The notes below the pieces were generated by a model. The model saw only the letters and a program-made list of their open reading frames with translations. It did not search any database and was not told where the DNA came from. This document shows, piece after piece, positions 50,997-64,000 of a stretch of DNA of 64,000 nucleotides (positions are counted from its first letter, which is position 1; every line of letters starts with the position of its first letter). Origin of the DNA: Octopus vulgaris (lineage: Eukaryota); NCBI GenBank assembly GCA_951406725.2, contig OX597815.1:14942001-15006000 (forward strand), written 5' to 3'. The position numbers were made by a program, and so were the translations under genes.

Positions 50997-53900
50997 TATT
51001 GAAAATTCATTGTTGGAGTGTGTTAGTAAAGTAAGTTTCTGTTAATTGTTATATCTCTTGTTGGACCTATTGTTTAAAAATTGTATTGTAGTTCTCTTTC
51101 GAAAGCTATCTGTGGTTTTCCCCTGTGGGGGGAAACATTAATTGCCGGCATGATGCCGAAAAGTGTGTCTTCGTCGAGTGAAGATTCATCGACCGAGCGG
51201 GAAGCAAGGAAGATAGAAAGTTCAATTTGTGATAACATTTCTGATGTTTCGGAAAGTGAATTCCCTGCTTTACCAAAAGTTACGGATGCCAAAAGAAATA
51301 TAGAAGCAAAGACCATCCAAAATGAAGAAAGAAAAAGTTTTGCGTCAGCAGCTGGTAGTGGAACGCGACAGCAGTCAACTGACAAAAAAATTTTATTTAA
51401 ATACAAGGAAATGATAACAGAACGAGATGGAGTGGTAAAATTGGAAATGCCAGAATAACGGAGGAAAAAAAGGAAAATTATTATTTTTAAGACATTCTGC
51501 TTAAAAGCTCGAAAAATTGATATGTGAGCAAAAAATTGGAAAATGTTTAAAACCCATCTGGCAGGACATTACATATCTAGCCAGAGGGAAGAACTTTGGA
51601 ACCATCATGGTGAGGCTCAAGAACGCAGAAATGGCACAACAACACTGTAAAATCATTAGAGTGGGAAGACACAATATTAATCCCAATTTACATAGGAATG
51701 AGAACATCTAAGGTTAGAATACCAAGAATTCCACCCGGAGTAAACCCTATGTACTTGATGGCGGCAGTCCTGGCAAACAGGAAGGATTATATTAACCTCC
51801 TGCGGGCTACCGTCACAGCGAATACATATTGGATTGGACAAACGCTCAACCTGATACTGTAGGCTGAGCAGAAAATTTTAGAACAGCTCCCAGAAATAGT
51901 AGAAGTAGGGGAGGAAGTTCTAAATATTTTTGTTGAGGAGCGTAAGCCCCGATGTTTCCAGTGTGGCCAACTGGATCCCATTAAAACATATTGTAAAGCA
52001 GGTGAAGAAGAATCAGACGGTGAGGAGGAAGAAAAAGAGAGAGAAACTGAAGGGAAAATAAACAATAAAAGGAAAATGGAAGGCTCGAACCAGCAAAAAC
52101 AGAGCGAGCCGAGACCAAAAAAAAAAACAGCCAAGGGAGACAGGTCGAGGATGACGGAGGGGGAGACAAACTGAGGAATAGTTGCACTACACATCAAAAA
52201 CGAGGACTTAATGCGTGATTATAAAACAAAAACAATTCAGCCACTAAGCTAATTGAACTATCAGATAAATATAAAAACTATGAATTTTACTAATTGGACA
52301 AAAAACATATATCTTGTTTAATACGTATAGAAAATCGGTCTCAACATTGAAATTTGATTTTCATCAATCTATGTTTGAAGGCTTGCCATCTCCGACCCTA
52401 AGTCAAGAAAAGGTGAGGAGTCCCTCTTCGCAGGACGCCCCGATCTAAAAGGTAAGTCACGTCTATTCACATTGGTTGTATAAATGTCCGTGGCCTGATG
52501 TCGAGTTGGAAGCAAGGAGTGCTTCCTAAATGACATCAGGTCAAGAAATTTGGATGCAATTGTTGTAACGGAAACCCGGGTGAAGGGGCCAAGAGATCTG
52601 CTCCCCCTCCTGAACGGCTACGAGAAATACGTTTCTCCAAGTCGGGCGGGTGGTGGGGGCGGGGTGTTGGTCCTACTTAAAAAGAAACTGGGTAACCGAG
52701 AAAAGGTTGTTTTTTTTCTGATCTAGAAGGCAGGCTGGTTGTTCTCGACCTGGCTTTCAGTTGTGGCAAGACAATCAGGCTGGTTGCAATTTATGCAGCC
52801 AACGTTATGGACCCGCAAAGTGAATATTTTCGTGACCTGGGAAAGTTCATAGCCACGTCGCATTCGCTAGTATTGATAGGAGACTTTAACACAATTTGTG
52901 ACGCGCACACAGATTGTGTTGGCTCGAACATGAATAGAAAATGTAACCCTGACTTTCGGGATATGCTAAGTCACTTTCAACTGGCAGATCCATATAGGTT
53001 GGAACATCCGAACACTCGACAGTGGACGTGGTCAAATAGTGACGGGTCTTCCAGAACATATATAGATAGGGTTTTAATTAGAAAAACAGATAAGTGCATA
53101 GCTAAGTGTCCACAGTTTCATCTTGTCAGCTACAGTGATCACAAGATGATTACCTGTAAACTGATAGATAAATTACTTAGACAGGGATCTGGCTACATGC
53201 AATTGAAGAGTACAGAAAGCAGATCAAGAAGTTAATTCAGAGGGCATTGACAGATACCATCATTAATAATAAATGGTAGTACGCCCTAAAAAGAGCCATA
53301 AAATATGAGTTTGTTAGGTTTAGCATAAGTTTAGCTAAGAAGGGACGTAGAATAAGAGATGGTGTAGTTAAGGAACTATAAGAAGCCTTGAGGTCTGATA
53401 ATGCGGACTAAGTGAAGGTAAAGAGACTGGAGTTGAACCAGTATCTTGAAACCCAACACATGGGAAGTATTATCAGAGCTAAGTTACGTATGATGGGAAG
53501 TGAAGGAATCAAGGCCGCTGGATGGGCCGAGTGGTGGAAGCTCGACAAGGATATAGTTCCACTATTCGGTCTATGACGAACGAAAACGGTGTCTTGGTAA
53601 ACGAACCCGAGGAAATGTGTGAGGTATTTCGGGAGTACTTCGCCCAGCTGTTCGGGGGTGATGGCGGTCCTGATGGTAGGGAAGTCCTCGAAGACTTTCT
53701 TGCCGGGCTACCACGCCTCACGGGGTCGGATGCGGAGGCTTGCGAGGGGCCGATCACGCCTGGGGAGGTGAAGGAGGCCATGGCTGACTGTAAAGCGGGT
53801 AAGTCGCCGGGACACGATGGCCTTCCTTACGAGCTATATAAATGTATGCGAGACTTGTTCGGGCACCTACAGGCTAGCGTGTACGCGAACTGGCAACAGA

Positions 53901-55030
53901 ATGGGTTTATCCCCAGATATGTGCGCAGGGGAGTAGTGACGTTGATCAGAAAGGACCTGGACAAGGGGGACGTTTTAGATAATTTCAGGCCCGTCATTCT
54001 GTTAAACGCAGAAGTGAAGATTCTGGCCAAGGCTTTAAAAAAAAGATTGGCGCGTGTCGTGAATGGTATAGTCGAGGAGGCACAAACATGTGCCATCCCA
54101 GGCAGAACCATTCAGGATAATCTCCATCTTATTCGCTATAACATAGAGAGGGTTGGTGATAACTCTGGCAAAGGTGGGGCATTAGAGCATTTAGACCAAT
54201 CTAAAGCTTTTGACAGGGTCGACCATCGATACCTGGCGACTGTGCTTGCGCGGTTTGACCTGGGCCTTGGCTTCCTCAGGTGGTTCATCACTATGTATCA
54301 CAACATTGACTCGATAATTTGTTTCAGGTTACGCGGACGATATCACTATCAGCGTTACAACAGTAGCACGCCTACGTGAAGTGGGTAAGGCTATTGAGGT
54401 TTACAAGACGGTGGCAGGAGCAAAGATCAACCGGGAAAAGTCGGTCGGCTAGCAGCTCGGAACCTGGGTTGGCAAGTCGATGTCTTCAGACAGCGTTGTT
54501 GGGCGTTGGACGGAGGGACCGGTTAAATTGCTGGGAGTCTGGTTTGGATAAGGCCTCCAGATAGAGAAGAACTGGAAGGAGGTTTCGAGTAGGGTGGCTG
54601 CAATAGTCAAGACCTGGTCTTGGCGGCGGCTATCCCTGAAAGGGAGGGCGGAGGTGGCCAATATGTTTATCGCATCGGCCATTACCTACCGCCTGACCGT
54701 CGTGCGCTGTCCGGATTCGTGGGTGATCAGGTTGGAGAGGCAGCTCTTTCGCTTTTTGTGGAAGGGCGAGTCATCACTTGTGAAACGCTCTATCTGTTGT
54801 CAGAAGCCGTTAAAGAGAGGTTTAGGGATGCCTTGGTTAATGATGTGCAGGCATGCGTTGAGGTTGAGGTATCTCTAGATTCTCCTGGATGGTGAACGGG
54901 TGTGGTCTCCGCTAGCCAGACAAATGTTCCCTGAGTTCAAATGTTTTTGCGAACAGGAAGCCTGGTGTTCTCGTAGACCGAGGTCGAGTAAGTGGCATAT
55001 GGAGTGTCGTAAGGCATTTCTAAACAACTA
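50997..55030 (+). mobile_element. Decayed L1/Tx1-clade LINE: ORF1 (~51150-52260) and ORF2 (~52470-55030)
   Basis: ORF1 zinc knuckle RCFQCGQLDPIKTYC; EN motifs CINVRGL, LIGDFN, YIDRVL, SDHK; RT motifs KSPGHDGLPYELY, NFRPVILLN, LDQSKAFDRVDH, YADDITI. Multiple stops, an internal RT deletion near 54325, and a truncated 3' end. Confidence 0.9.
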
Positions 55031-57255
55031 GTATGTGACCTCAGTAAACCTTTCAAACTACACACATACACTGAGGTTGACTGAACGTCAATAACGATGG
55101 CAACTGACACGGCACAAAAAGAAGTACTCAGTCCACGCTATAAAGTGGTTGGCATGGAAGGTCATTCAACGTGTAAAACAGTGCTAAGCTCACGCAATAC
55201 GCCAAATCAGTTGATAAACCCTATTTGTGTATTCAGAACTAACACTCATCGTGCTGGTGTTGTACATGATAACGAGGTGGCTAAGTGGAAACCTCTGGAC
55301 GTGTGTGAGAACCTTTCGAGTGTCATCAGACAATCATACCTTTCAGGTAGAAGAAAGGGCCGCAAGTATCAACCCTCCTACCTCAGGAGATCCTCTGCCT
55401 ATTTGTCCTGTGGCTGTAATTATAATTAATGGTTTCAACTACAGGTTGTAACCTTTAATGTTGGTACAATGAAAGGTGGGCCTGGTGAGACTATAAGAGA
55501 TGATAGAGCGACGGCGAATAGATGTGTGCAAGAGTTAAGATGGAGAGAAGCCTCACAGACAAAAGAAACACTATTCTTCATAGTAGGTAACAATGCTGGT
55601 TTAGATGGTTTAGATACCAGTGGCTGAAAAAATGCTAGATAATGAAATTGAAGTAACCAGAATATGTGACCGATTAATGAAGCTTAGACAAATTGTAAGT
55701 AAAGCACCAGAAACTACTATCTCTGCCTACGTACTACAAGTGGGGCTCACTGATAAACGAAAGAGCTGCTTCTACGAGGCTCTCTTGTGAACCGCCTCGA
55801 TAACAAATAACAGTGATATCATTATCATGGTTAATGACTTCTACAGACATGTTGGGCAGCAATTTGATGGCTACTCTTGTGTACGTGGTGTTGTGAGATA
55901 CGGTTCAAGACCTGAAGGAGGATCAAGGCATCAGGAAACGGACTAGCTATTTGATACTTTCCATTTAGGCGAACATACAAACCAGATAGACTAATGGGTT
56001 TTTTTCTTGTGAAGAATATATGTCACCCAACATAGACAACTAATTAGAAACTTCAGAATAAGAGTTAAACCAAGAGACAAAAAAACAATCTGAAGGCAGG
56101 AAACAACACAGGAGTGACTGTGTGGTAAGCAGCGTGCTTACCAACCACATGGTTCCGGGTTCAGTCCGACTGCGTGGCATCTTGGGCAAGTGTCTTCTAC
56201 TATAGCCTCGGGCCGACCAATGCCTTGTGAGTGGATTTAATAGACGGAAACTTAAAGAAGCCCGTCGTATATATGTATATATATATATGTATGTGTATGT
56301 GTATGTTTGTGTGTCTGTGTTTGTGTCCCCAACATCGCTTGACAACCGATGCTGGTGTATTTACGTCTCCGTAACATAGCGGTTCGACAAAAGAAACCGA
56401 TAAAATAAGTACTAGGCTTACACAGAATAAGTCCTGGGGTCGATTTGCTCGACTAAAGGCGATGCTCCAGCATGGCCGCAGTCAAATGACTGAAACAAAT
56501 AAAAGAATAAACTGGCAGTTTCCACAAGTTAACCCACTGAAAGCTAAAGACTAGAGCCTTGGCTGGAGCAAGGCTTCAGTTTGACGAAGAGTAATATAGA
56601 GGTGGAATATAACCGTAGACAATACCATAAAAGCTAAAAGACAGCTTGGAAAGAATGGAAGAAAAGGGGCAGGAAATACCAGTAGTGTGTGGATGGAAGA
56701 GAAGCTGGACAAGGGTTCATGGCACGGAGGGAAGCCGAAGGAAGGAAATTTTCTTTATGTTCGGTGTTGGAGGGATATGAGGTGACAGGTGCTCTGGATT
56801 GCATGGTAGTGTCAGAGTGAACCAAGATACTGGCGACCAGTGTATTCGGAACGACGGTGGTGCACTGTCTTTCAATGAGACTGGGTAGAAATAGGTTTGG
56901 AAATGGTACCCCGAGAAATTGTTGGATGTGGAAAATTTGTTAGAAGAGGATGATCTTATCCGAAGTACCCAGAACTGAAATATAGTCAAAATGCTCATTG
57001 AGGAAAGTAACTAGACCTTTTGATTTAGTCGCGATGTTGAAAAATAGGGCTCAAGTTAGTCCCCTGCACAGTCAATCAAGCAATAGAGCACCAGTCAAAT
57101 GTAATTGTTGCAATGCTCAGAAGACCCTACTGAAATGGTTGGTGGCTTCTGTTACTAAATCTACTTAACTAGCAGTGAAAGGGTTGTTCTGAAAGCATAA
57201 AAACCAGTATAAAAATAGAGTGGAGACACTCACAGAGAGCTTATTACATCTACTG

Positions 57256-57663
57256 GAGCTGGCAGAAACGTTAGCGCACCGGGCGAAATGCTTAGCGGTA
57301 TTTCGTCTGTCGTTACGTTCTGAATTCAAATTCCACCGCGGTCGACTTTGCCTTTTATCCTTTCGGGGTCATTAATTAAGTACCAGTTACGTACTGGGGT
57401 CGATGTAATCGACTTACTCCCTTTGTCTGTCCTTGTTTGTCCCCTCTATGTTTAGCACCTTGTGGGCAGTTAAGAAATATGTATTTCGTCTGCCCTTACG
57501 TTCTGAGTTCAAATTCCGCCGAGGTCGACTTTGCCTTTCATCCTTTCTGGGTCGATAAACTAAGTACCAGTTACGCACTAGGGTCGATATAATCGACTTA
57601 ATCCGTTTGTCTGTCCTTGTTTGTCCCCTCTATGTTTAGCTCCTTGTGGGCAGTAAAGAAATA
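57256..57663 (+). mobile_element. SINE family M dimer
   Basis: One head and two bodies; 14-bp TSD TATTACATCTACTG at 57242-57255 and 57664-57677. Confidence 0.9.
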
Positions 57664-57954
57664 TATTACATCTACTGACAAACAAAGAGCTTCGTCCTCC
57701 TTCGCTCTCTCTCTTTCTCTCCCTCCTCCCATTCTCTCTCTCTTTCTCTCCCTCCCCCCCTTCTCTCTCTCCGAGCAAGGGTGGATTGTACGATTTTTGC
57801 GTACGAAACGCGAAGCTGCATGGTTAGTGAGACGTGGGCAGAGAATACAGAAGATTTGCGAGGATTGGAAAGAAACGGAGCGAACATGAATATTGAATTA
57901 GCAACATTAATGTGCATGAACGCCGAGATACAGACGAGTTGACAGAAAGGCTGG

Positions 57955-58340
57955 CTATAAAATGAATCGCCCGGCGTTGCTCAGGTTTGTTTCGAATTGG
58001 AATTTTTGAAAAGTAAAAATTTTGCATTATGTAGCTTGTTATTCTCTTTAAGTGAACATTTTTCTGGTTCAAATACACCGAAAAATGGCGACACAGCAGT
58101 CAAAAAATCGTAAAAAATAGGGATTTTCATAGTAAAAAAGCACCTTTTTGAAGTAAATAATTTTTGGTGTTAACATGGTCCGATTTGAATTTTTTCTTCT
58201 GCGGAATGAAGAGCAAGCCTTCTTCTATCATACTCTCAATTTTGGTCAACTTGCACCGTTGGGTCTCGGAGGAGATGCTGTTAGTTGAAGGCTACCAAAC
58301 CTGCCATACACAGACAACTTCAGTTTTATATAGAGAGAGA
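57955..58340 (-). mobile_element. Non-autonomous Helitron
   Basis: 5' A|TCTCTCTCTATATAAAACTG; the 3' hairpin is shared with 4517-4917; the terminal CTAG is degenerate. Confidence 0.7.
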
Positions 58341-58386
58341 TTAGTTGTGCACAAGACAGATAGCTAAGCTGGTACGGACAATATAT

Positions 58387-59234
58387 ATTTCTTTACTACC
58401 CACAAGGGGCTAAACACAGAGAGGACAAACAAGGACAGACAAACGGATTAAGTCGATTATATCGACCCCAGTGCGTAACTGGCACTTATTTTATCGACCC
58501 CCGAAAGAATGAAAGGCAAAGTCGACCTCGGCGGAATTTGAACTCGGAACGTAACGGCAGACGAAATACGGCCACGCATTTCGTCCGGCGTGCTAACGTT
58601 TCTGCCAGCTCGCCGCCATCCGCAGCCTGCCAACGGGTATTCCCATTTAGACAGTATCTATTTCTTTACTACCCACAGGGGGCTAAACACAGAGAGGACA
58701 AACAAAGACAGACAAACGGATTAAGTCGATTACATCGACCCCAGTGCGTAACTGGCACTTATTTAATCGACCCCGAAAGGATGCAAAAGGCGAAGTCGAC
58801 CTCGGCGGAATTTGAACTTGGAACGTAACGGCAGGCGAAATACGGCTACGCATTTCGCCCGGCGTGCTAACCTTTCTGCCAGCTCGCCGCCTTCCAAGCC
58901 AAAAAAATAATATATATATCCCAGTCAAAACGAACTTTATAACACACACATAGACATACATACACACACACACACAGATATATAGTTTCTTCATTGCCCA
59001 CAAGGGGCTAAACATAGAGGGGACAAACAAGGACAGACATACGGATGAAGTTGATTATATCGACCCCAGTGCGTAACTGGCACTTATTTAATCGACCCCC
59101 GAAAGCATGAAAGGCAAAGTCGACCTCGGCGGAATTTGAACTTAACTTGGAACGTAACGGCAGGCGAAATACGGCTATGCATTTCGCCCGGCGTGCTAAC
59201 GTTTCTGCCAGCTCACGCTGCTTTCAAGCAAAAA

Positions 59235-59290
<56 letters not shown>

Positions 59291-59320
59291 AGTCAAAACG
59301 AACTTTATAATACACACATA

Positions 59321-59358
<38 letters not shown>

Positions 59359-59530
59359 TATATGATGATGTAAATACAAAGAATAGGGAAAAAATAGAGG
59401 GCACAGTAAGGACAAGGGTTAACAAATAAGTTATTAGCTTAACGTTTTAATAGAAATATATACATACACACATATGTGGATATCTATTCCAACCACCCCA
59501 CTCCGCTCCCCCTCACTCTCTCTCTTCCTT

Positions 59531-59567
<37 letters not shown>

Positions 59568-60069
59568 CTCCCCTTCTCTCATTTTCGATCTCAACGCTTT
59601 AATGATTTCGCTCATTTACCACCCCACTCTCTACGCATATACATATATATATTTCTTTATTGCCCACTAGGGGCTAAACACAGAGGGGACAAACAAGGAC
59701 AGACAAAAGGGATTAAGTCGATTACATCGACTCCAGTGCGTAACTGGTACTTATTTAATCGACCCCGAAAGGATGAAAGGCAAAGTCGACCTCGGCGGAA
59801 TTTGAACCCAGAACGTATCGGCAGACGAAATACCTATTTCTATTTCTTTACTACCCACAAGGGGCTAAACACAGAGGAGACAAACAAGGACAGACAAAAG
59901 GGATTAAGTCGATTACATCGACCCCAGTACGTAACTGATACTTATTTAATCGATCCCGAAAGGATGAAAGGTAAAGTCGACCTCGGCGGGATTTGAACCC
60001 AGAACGTAACGGCAGACGAAATACGGCTAAGCATTTCGCCCGGCGTGCTAACGTTTCTGCCAGCTCGCC
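58387..60069 (-). mobile_element. Cluster of SINE family M copies (58387-58617, 58660-58891, 58986-59220, dimer 59651-60069)
   Basis: Direct sequence identity to the family. Other copies at 28965-29177, 30808-31165, 32405-32720 and 63309-63510. Confidence 0.9.
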
Positions 60070-60240
60070 AAAAACATCGAACAATGCGTGTGTGCGTGCG
60101 CGAGTGTATGCAACGATATGCTAATATATTTTTTTTAGCTTCTCAATTATTGGTCTATGGTCATACTGGGCCACTGTCTCGAAGAGTTTACTAAGCCACA
60201 TCAAACTCAATACTTATTTCATTCTGGTTATCGTTCCAAA

Positions 60241-60671
60241 GGCGGCAAGCTGGCAGAAACGTTAGCATGCCGGGCGAAATGCTTAACAGTATCTCGTCTG
60301 CAGTTACGTTCTGAGTTCAAATTCCGCCGAGGTTGACTTTGCCTTTCATCCTTTCGGGGTCGATAAATTAAGTACCAGTTACGCATTGGGGGTCGACATA
60401 ATCGACTTAATCCGTTTGTCTGTCCTTGTTTGTCTCCTCTGTGTTTAGCCCCTTGTGGGCAATAAAGAAATAAGAAACGTTAGCACGCCGGGTGAAATAC
60501 TTAGCTGTATTTTGTCTGTCTTTACGTACTGAGTTCAAATTCAGCCGAGGTCCATTTTGCCTCTCATCCTTTCGGGGTCTATAAATTAAGTGCCAGTTGC
60601 ATCCTGTGGTCGGTCTAATCTACTGGACCCCCTCTCTCAAAATTTCGGGCCTTATGCCTAGAGTAGAAAAG
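60241..60671 (+). mobile_element. SINE family M heterodimer
   Basis: Unit with tail 1 joined to a unit with tail 2; 14-bp TSD ATTCTGGTTATCGT at 60221-60234 and 60672-60685. Confidence 0.9.
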
Positions 60672-60993
60672 ATTCTGGTTATCGTCGCTATTTGACGGAC
60701 CGCTAATTTACGAGACTCGAAAAGACAACCAAGAATAGCGGTTTTAGACTGTGAAATTAAACACAGATGCCCCGCACATATGCAAGCACCACGCGTGTGC
60801 GTGCATACACACACACACATACACACACACACATCTACTGTGGAATCATGCACGGCTTCTGTCCACTAAATTTCTCTCTTGAAGAAGATCCCACCCGAGT
60901 TTATAGTAGAAGTCAATTACCCAAAGTGCCGGACAGTGGGATGGAACTCTGAACCATGTGGTCTGTATGAATGCATACCTGTGCGTGCGGATA

Positions 60994-61036
<43 letters not shown>

Positions 61037-61169
61037 ATTAGAACAAATAGAACTGTACTTACAGGTGAAAAGTGAGTCTTGATCAACGTCAAATAATACG
61101 TGGAACACCTACCCTAATTAAATATATCATCAATTCTTTCTCTATTGTCTCTAATCAGATATGTTCCAT

Positions 61170-61540
61170 TACTACTACCACTACAATAAATACCACACGC
61201 ACCACCACCACCACCACCACCACCACCACCTCACCACTACCACCACCACCACCTCACCACCTCATCACCACCACCACTTCATCACCACCACCTCACCACC
61301 TCCACCACCACCACCACCTCATCACCACCACCACCACCACCACCTCATCACCACCACCACCTCATCCCCACCACTACCACCTTATCACCACCACCACCAC
61401 CACCCACCATATCACCACCACCACCTCATCACCACCACCACCACCACCTCATCACCACCACCACCACCTCATCACCACCACCACCTCATCACCACCACCA
61501 CCACCACCTTATCACCACCACCACCACCATCACCACCACC

Positions 61541-61596
<56 letters not shown>
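61170..61596. repeat. (CAC)n/(CTA)n compound trinucleotide repeat
   Basis: Directly visible. Confidence 0.97.
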
Positions 61597-61981
61597 CCGT
61601 GTTATCGCTACTACCTTATCCCATAGCCAAACTGCGTTCCCACAAGCCGGCCGATACCCGGTGTCGACAGCAGCAGGTGTCAACCAAATGCTATTAATTC
61701 TTCAAAATATCTTATCAGTTATTTTTTTTGTTATTGTTCATCGTTGTTTTTGTGTGTTTCTTTTTTGAATGAATTTTTTTGTTGTTGTTGTTTTTCTTTT
61801 CTTGTTCACCGTTGTCATTGCTGACCTCTGGACGAGCTCTGATGAAAGACCTACGGTTCAAAGCGCTCAAGCGGTGACCATTGCGATTTTATTGTTATTC
61901 AGATTAAGGACGGCGAGCTGGAAGAATCGATAGCCAAGACGGTCTAATTGGCCAAGTCGTTAGGTCGTTGGATAGAATACC

Positions 61982-62584
61982 TATTTCTTTACTACCCACA
62001 AGGGGCTAAACACAGAGAGAACAAGCAAGGACAGACAAGCGGATTAAGTCGATCACATCGACCCCAGTGCGTAACTGGCACTTAATTTATCGACCCCGAA
62101 AGGATGAAAGGCAGAGTCGACCTCGGCGGAATTTGAACTCAGAACGTAACGGCAAACGAAATACCTATTTCTTTACTACCCACAAGGGGCTAAACACTGA
62201 GGGGACAAACAAGGACAGACAAGCGGATTAAGTCGATCACATCGATCCCAGTGCGTAACTGGTACTTATTTAATCGACCCCGAAAGGATGAAAGGCAGAG
62301 TCGACCTCGGCGGAATTTGAACTCAGAACGTAACGGCAAACGAAATACCTATTTCTTTACTACCCACAAGGGGCTAAACACAGAGGGGACAAACAAGGAC
62401 AGACAAGCGGATTAAGTCGATCACATCGACCCCAGTGCGTAACTGGTACTTAATTTATCGACCCCGAAAGGATGAAAGGCAGAGTCGACCTCGGCGGAAT
62501 TTGAACTCAGAACGTAACGGCAGACGAATTACGGCTACGCATTTCGCCCGGTGTGCTAACGTTTCTGCCAGCTTGCCGCCTTTA
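61982..62584 (-). mobile_element. SINE family M trimer (184-bp period) nested antisense in an older relative
   Basis: Units start at 61982, 62166 and 62350; 17-bp TSD TCGTTGGATAGAATACC at 61965-61981 and 62585-62601. Confidence 0.93.
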
Positions 62585-63507
62585 TCGTTGGATAGAATAC
62601 CAAGTGATGTTTGTTCCGACTCTCTGAGTTGAAATCCCGTATCTGAGTTCAAATTTACTTTTCGTCCTTTCCAGGCCGATAGATATACTCTTTTACTCTC
62701 TTACTTGTTTCAGTCATTTGACTGCGGCCATGCTGGAGCACCGCCTTTAGTCGAGCAACTCGACCCCGGGACTTATTCTTTTTGTACGTCCAGTACTTAT
62801 TCTATCGGTCTCTTTTTGCCGAACCGCTAAGTGACGGGGACGTAAACACACCAGCATCGGTTGTCAAGCAATGTTAGGGGAACAAACACAGACACACAAA
62901 CACACACACATACATATATATGTATATACACATATACGACAGGCTTCTTTCAGTTTCCGTCTACCAAATCCACTCACAAGGCATTGGTCGGCCCGGGGCT
63001 ATAGCAGAAGACACTTGCCCAAGATGCCACGCAGTGGGATTGAACCCGGAACCATGTGGTTGGTTAGCAAGCTACTTACCACACAACCACACCTGCGCCA
63101 ACCAAGAAGATTAGCAGAGCCGTTAAAATGTTGGACTAGAATCCTTACGGTACTTATTCCAAATTAGCCTTTCTGAGTTCCTGCCATGACTAACTTGGGC
63201 AGTAGACTTAATTCGTCGCTCTGTTTTACATCATTACCCGGCACCTTGGGTGTCCCAAGTAGAATTCACTTCTTTGCAAGCTTTCAGGCTAGTTCGGTTT
63301 GATATACCTATTTCTTTACTACCCACAAGGGGCTAAACACAGAGGAGACAAACAAGGACAGACAAACGGATTAAGTCGATTACATCGACCCCAGTGCGCA
63401 ACTGGTACTTATTTAATCGAACCCCGAAAGGATGAAAGGCAAAGTCGACCTCGGCGGAATTTGAACTCAGAACGTAGCGGCAGACGAAATAACTATTTCA
63501 TTACTAC

Positions 63508-64000
63508 CCTTTCCTTTCTTCCTTCTTTCCTTTCCTCTTTCGTTTCTCCCTTCCTTCTTTTCTTCCTTCCTTCCTTCCTTTCTTCCTTCCTTCCTTTCTT
63601 TATTTCTTTCCTTCCTTCCTTCCTTCTTTCATCCTTCCTTCATCCTTCTTCTCTTCGTTCCTTCCTTCGTTCCTTCTTTCCTTTCTACCCTCTTTCCTTT
63701 CCTATTTCCTTCCTTCCTTCCTTTCTTCTTTCCTTCCTTCCTTCCTTCCTTTCTTTCTTCTTTCCTTTCCTATTTCCTTCCTTCCTTCTTTCATCCTTCC
63801 TTCATCCTTCTTCTCTTCGTTCCTTCGTTCCTTCTTTCCTTCGTTCCTTCTTTCCTTTCTTCCTTCTTTCCTTTCTACCTTCTTTCCTTTCCTATTTCCT
63901 TCCTTCCTTCCTTTCTTCCTTCCTTCCTGTCTTTTTTCTTTCTTTCCTTCTTTCGTTTGTTCTTTCTTTCTTTTACTTCCTCTGTTTTCCTTTTCTCTCT
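63508..64000. repeat. (CCTT)n/(CTTT)n polypyrimidine tract
   Basis: Directly visible; contains internal higher-order duplications. Confidence 0.97.

Larger units (their letters stand above)
55280..58380 (+). mobile_element. Heavily decayed RTE LINE fragmented by SINE and Helitron insertions
   Basis: TFNVGTMKG and ISAYVLQVG endonuclease remnants; homologous to 3240-4490 around 56600-57010; SETWA..RLERN at 57820-57950; resumes after the Helitron at 58341. Confidence 0.65.

Noticed and set aside
53522-54379. Functional reverse transcriptase gene
   Set aside because: It is flanked by stops and frameshifts, and the RT region before YADD is deleted, so it is a dead LINE.
61830-61885. Hammerhead at CTGATGAAAGACC
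   Set aside because: No GAAA in register and poor stems; it resembles a decayed repeat also seen reversed at ~40945-40995.

Overview
Eukaryotic, AT-rich, repeat-dense DNA whose SINE, LINE and Helitron content is most consistent with an octopus (cephalopod) genome. No prokaryotic genes, rRNA, true tRNA genes or CRISPR were found. One host gene is well supported on the minus strand: two coding exons (16388-16241 and 14238-13649) splice in frame to a 245-aa, largely disordered protein with weak, memory-based resemblance to p33MONOX/KIAA1191. It has a ~2.8 kb putative 3' UTR and a probable first exon/promoter near 42.3-42.4 kb (CRE, YY1-like site, uORF). A second gene may start at ~500-700 on the minus strand. 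The rest is transposon-derived: at least four SINE-like families, RTE/CR1/HERO/R4/Tx1 LINE relics, non-autonomous Helitrons (one carrying a PIF1 helicase fragment), and mariner, Chapaev-like and piggyBac-like relics. The most notable observations are (1) a tRNA-headed SINE that repeatedly occurs as single-head multimers of a 184-bp body, joined at a recurrent hairpin position and enclosed by one TSD; (2) hammerhead-ribozyme motifs; (3) a near-identical inverted SINE pair; and (4) tandem and chimeric Helitrons. Family names come from recalled motifs, not database searches.
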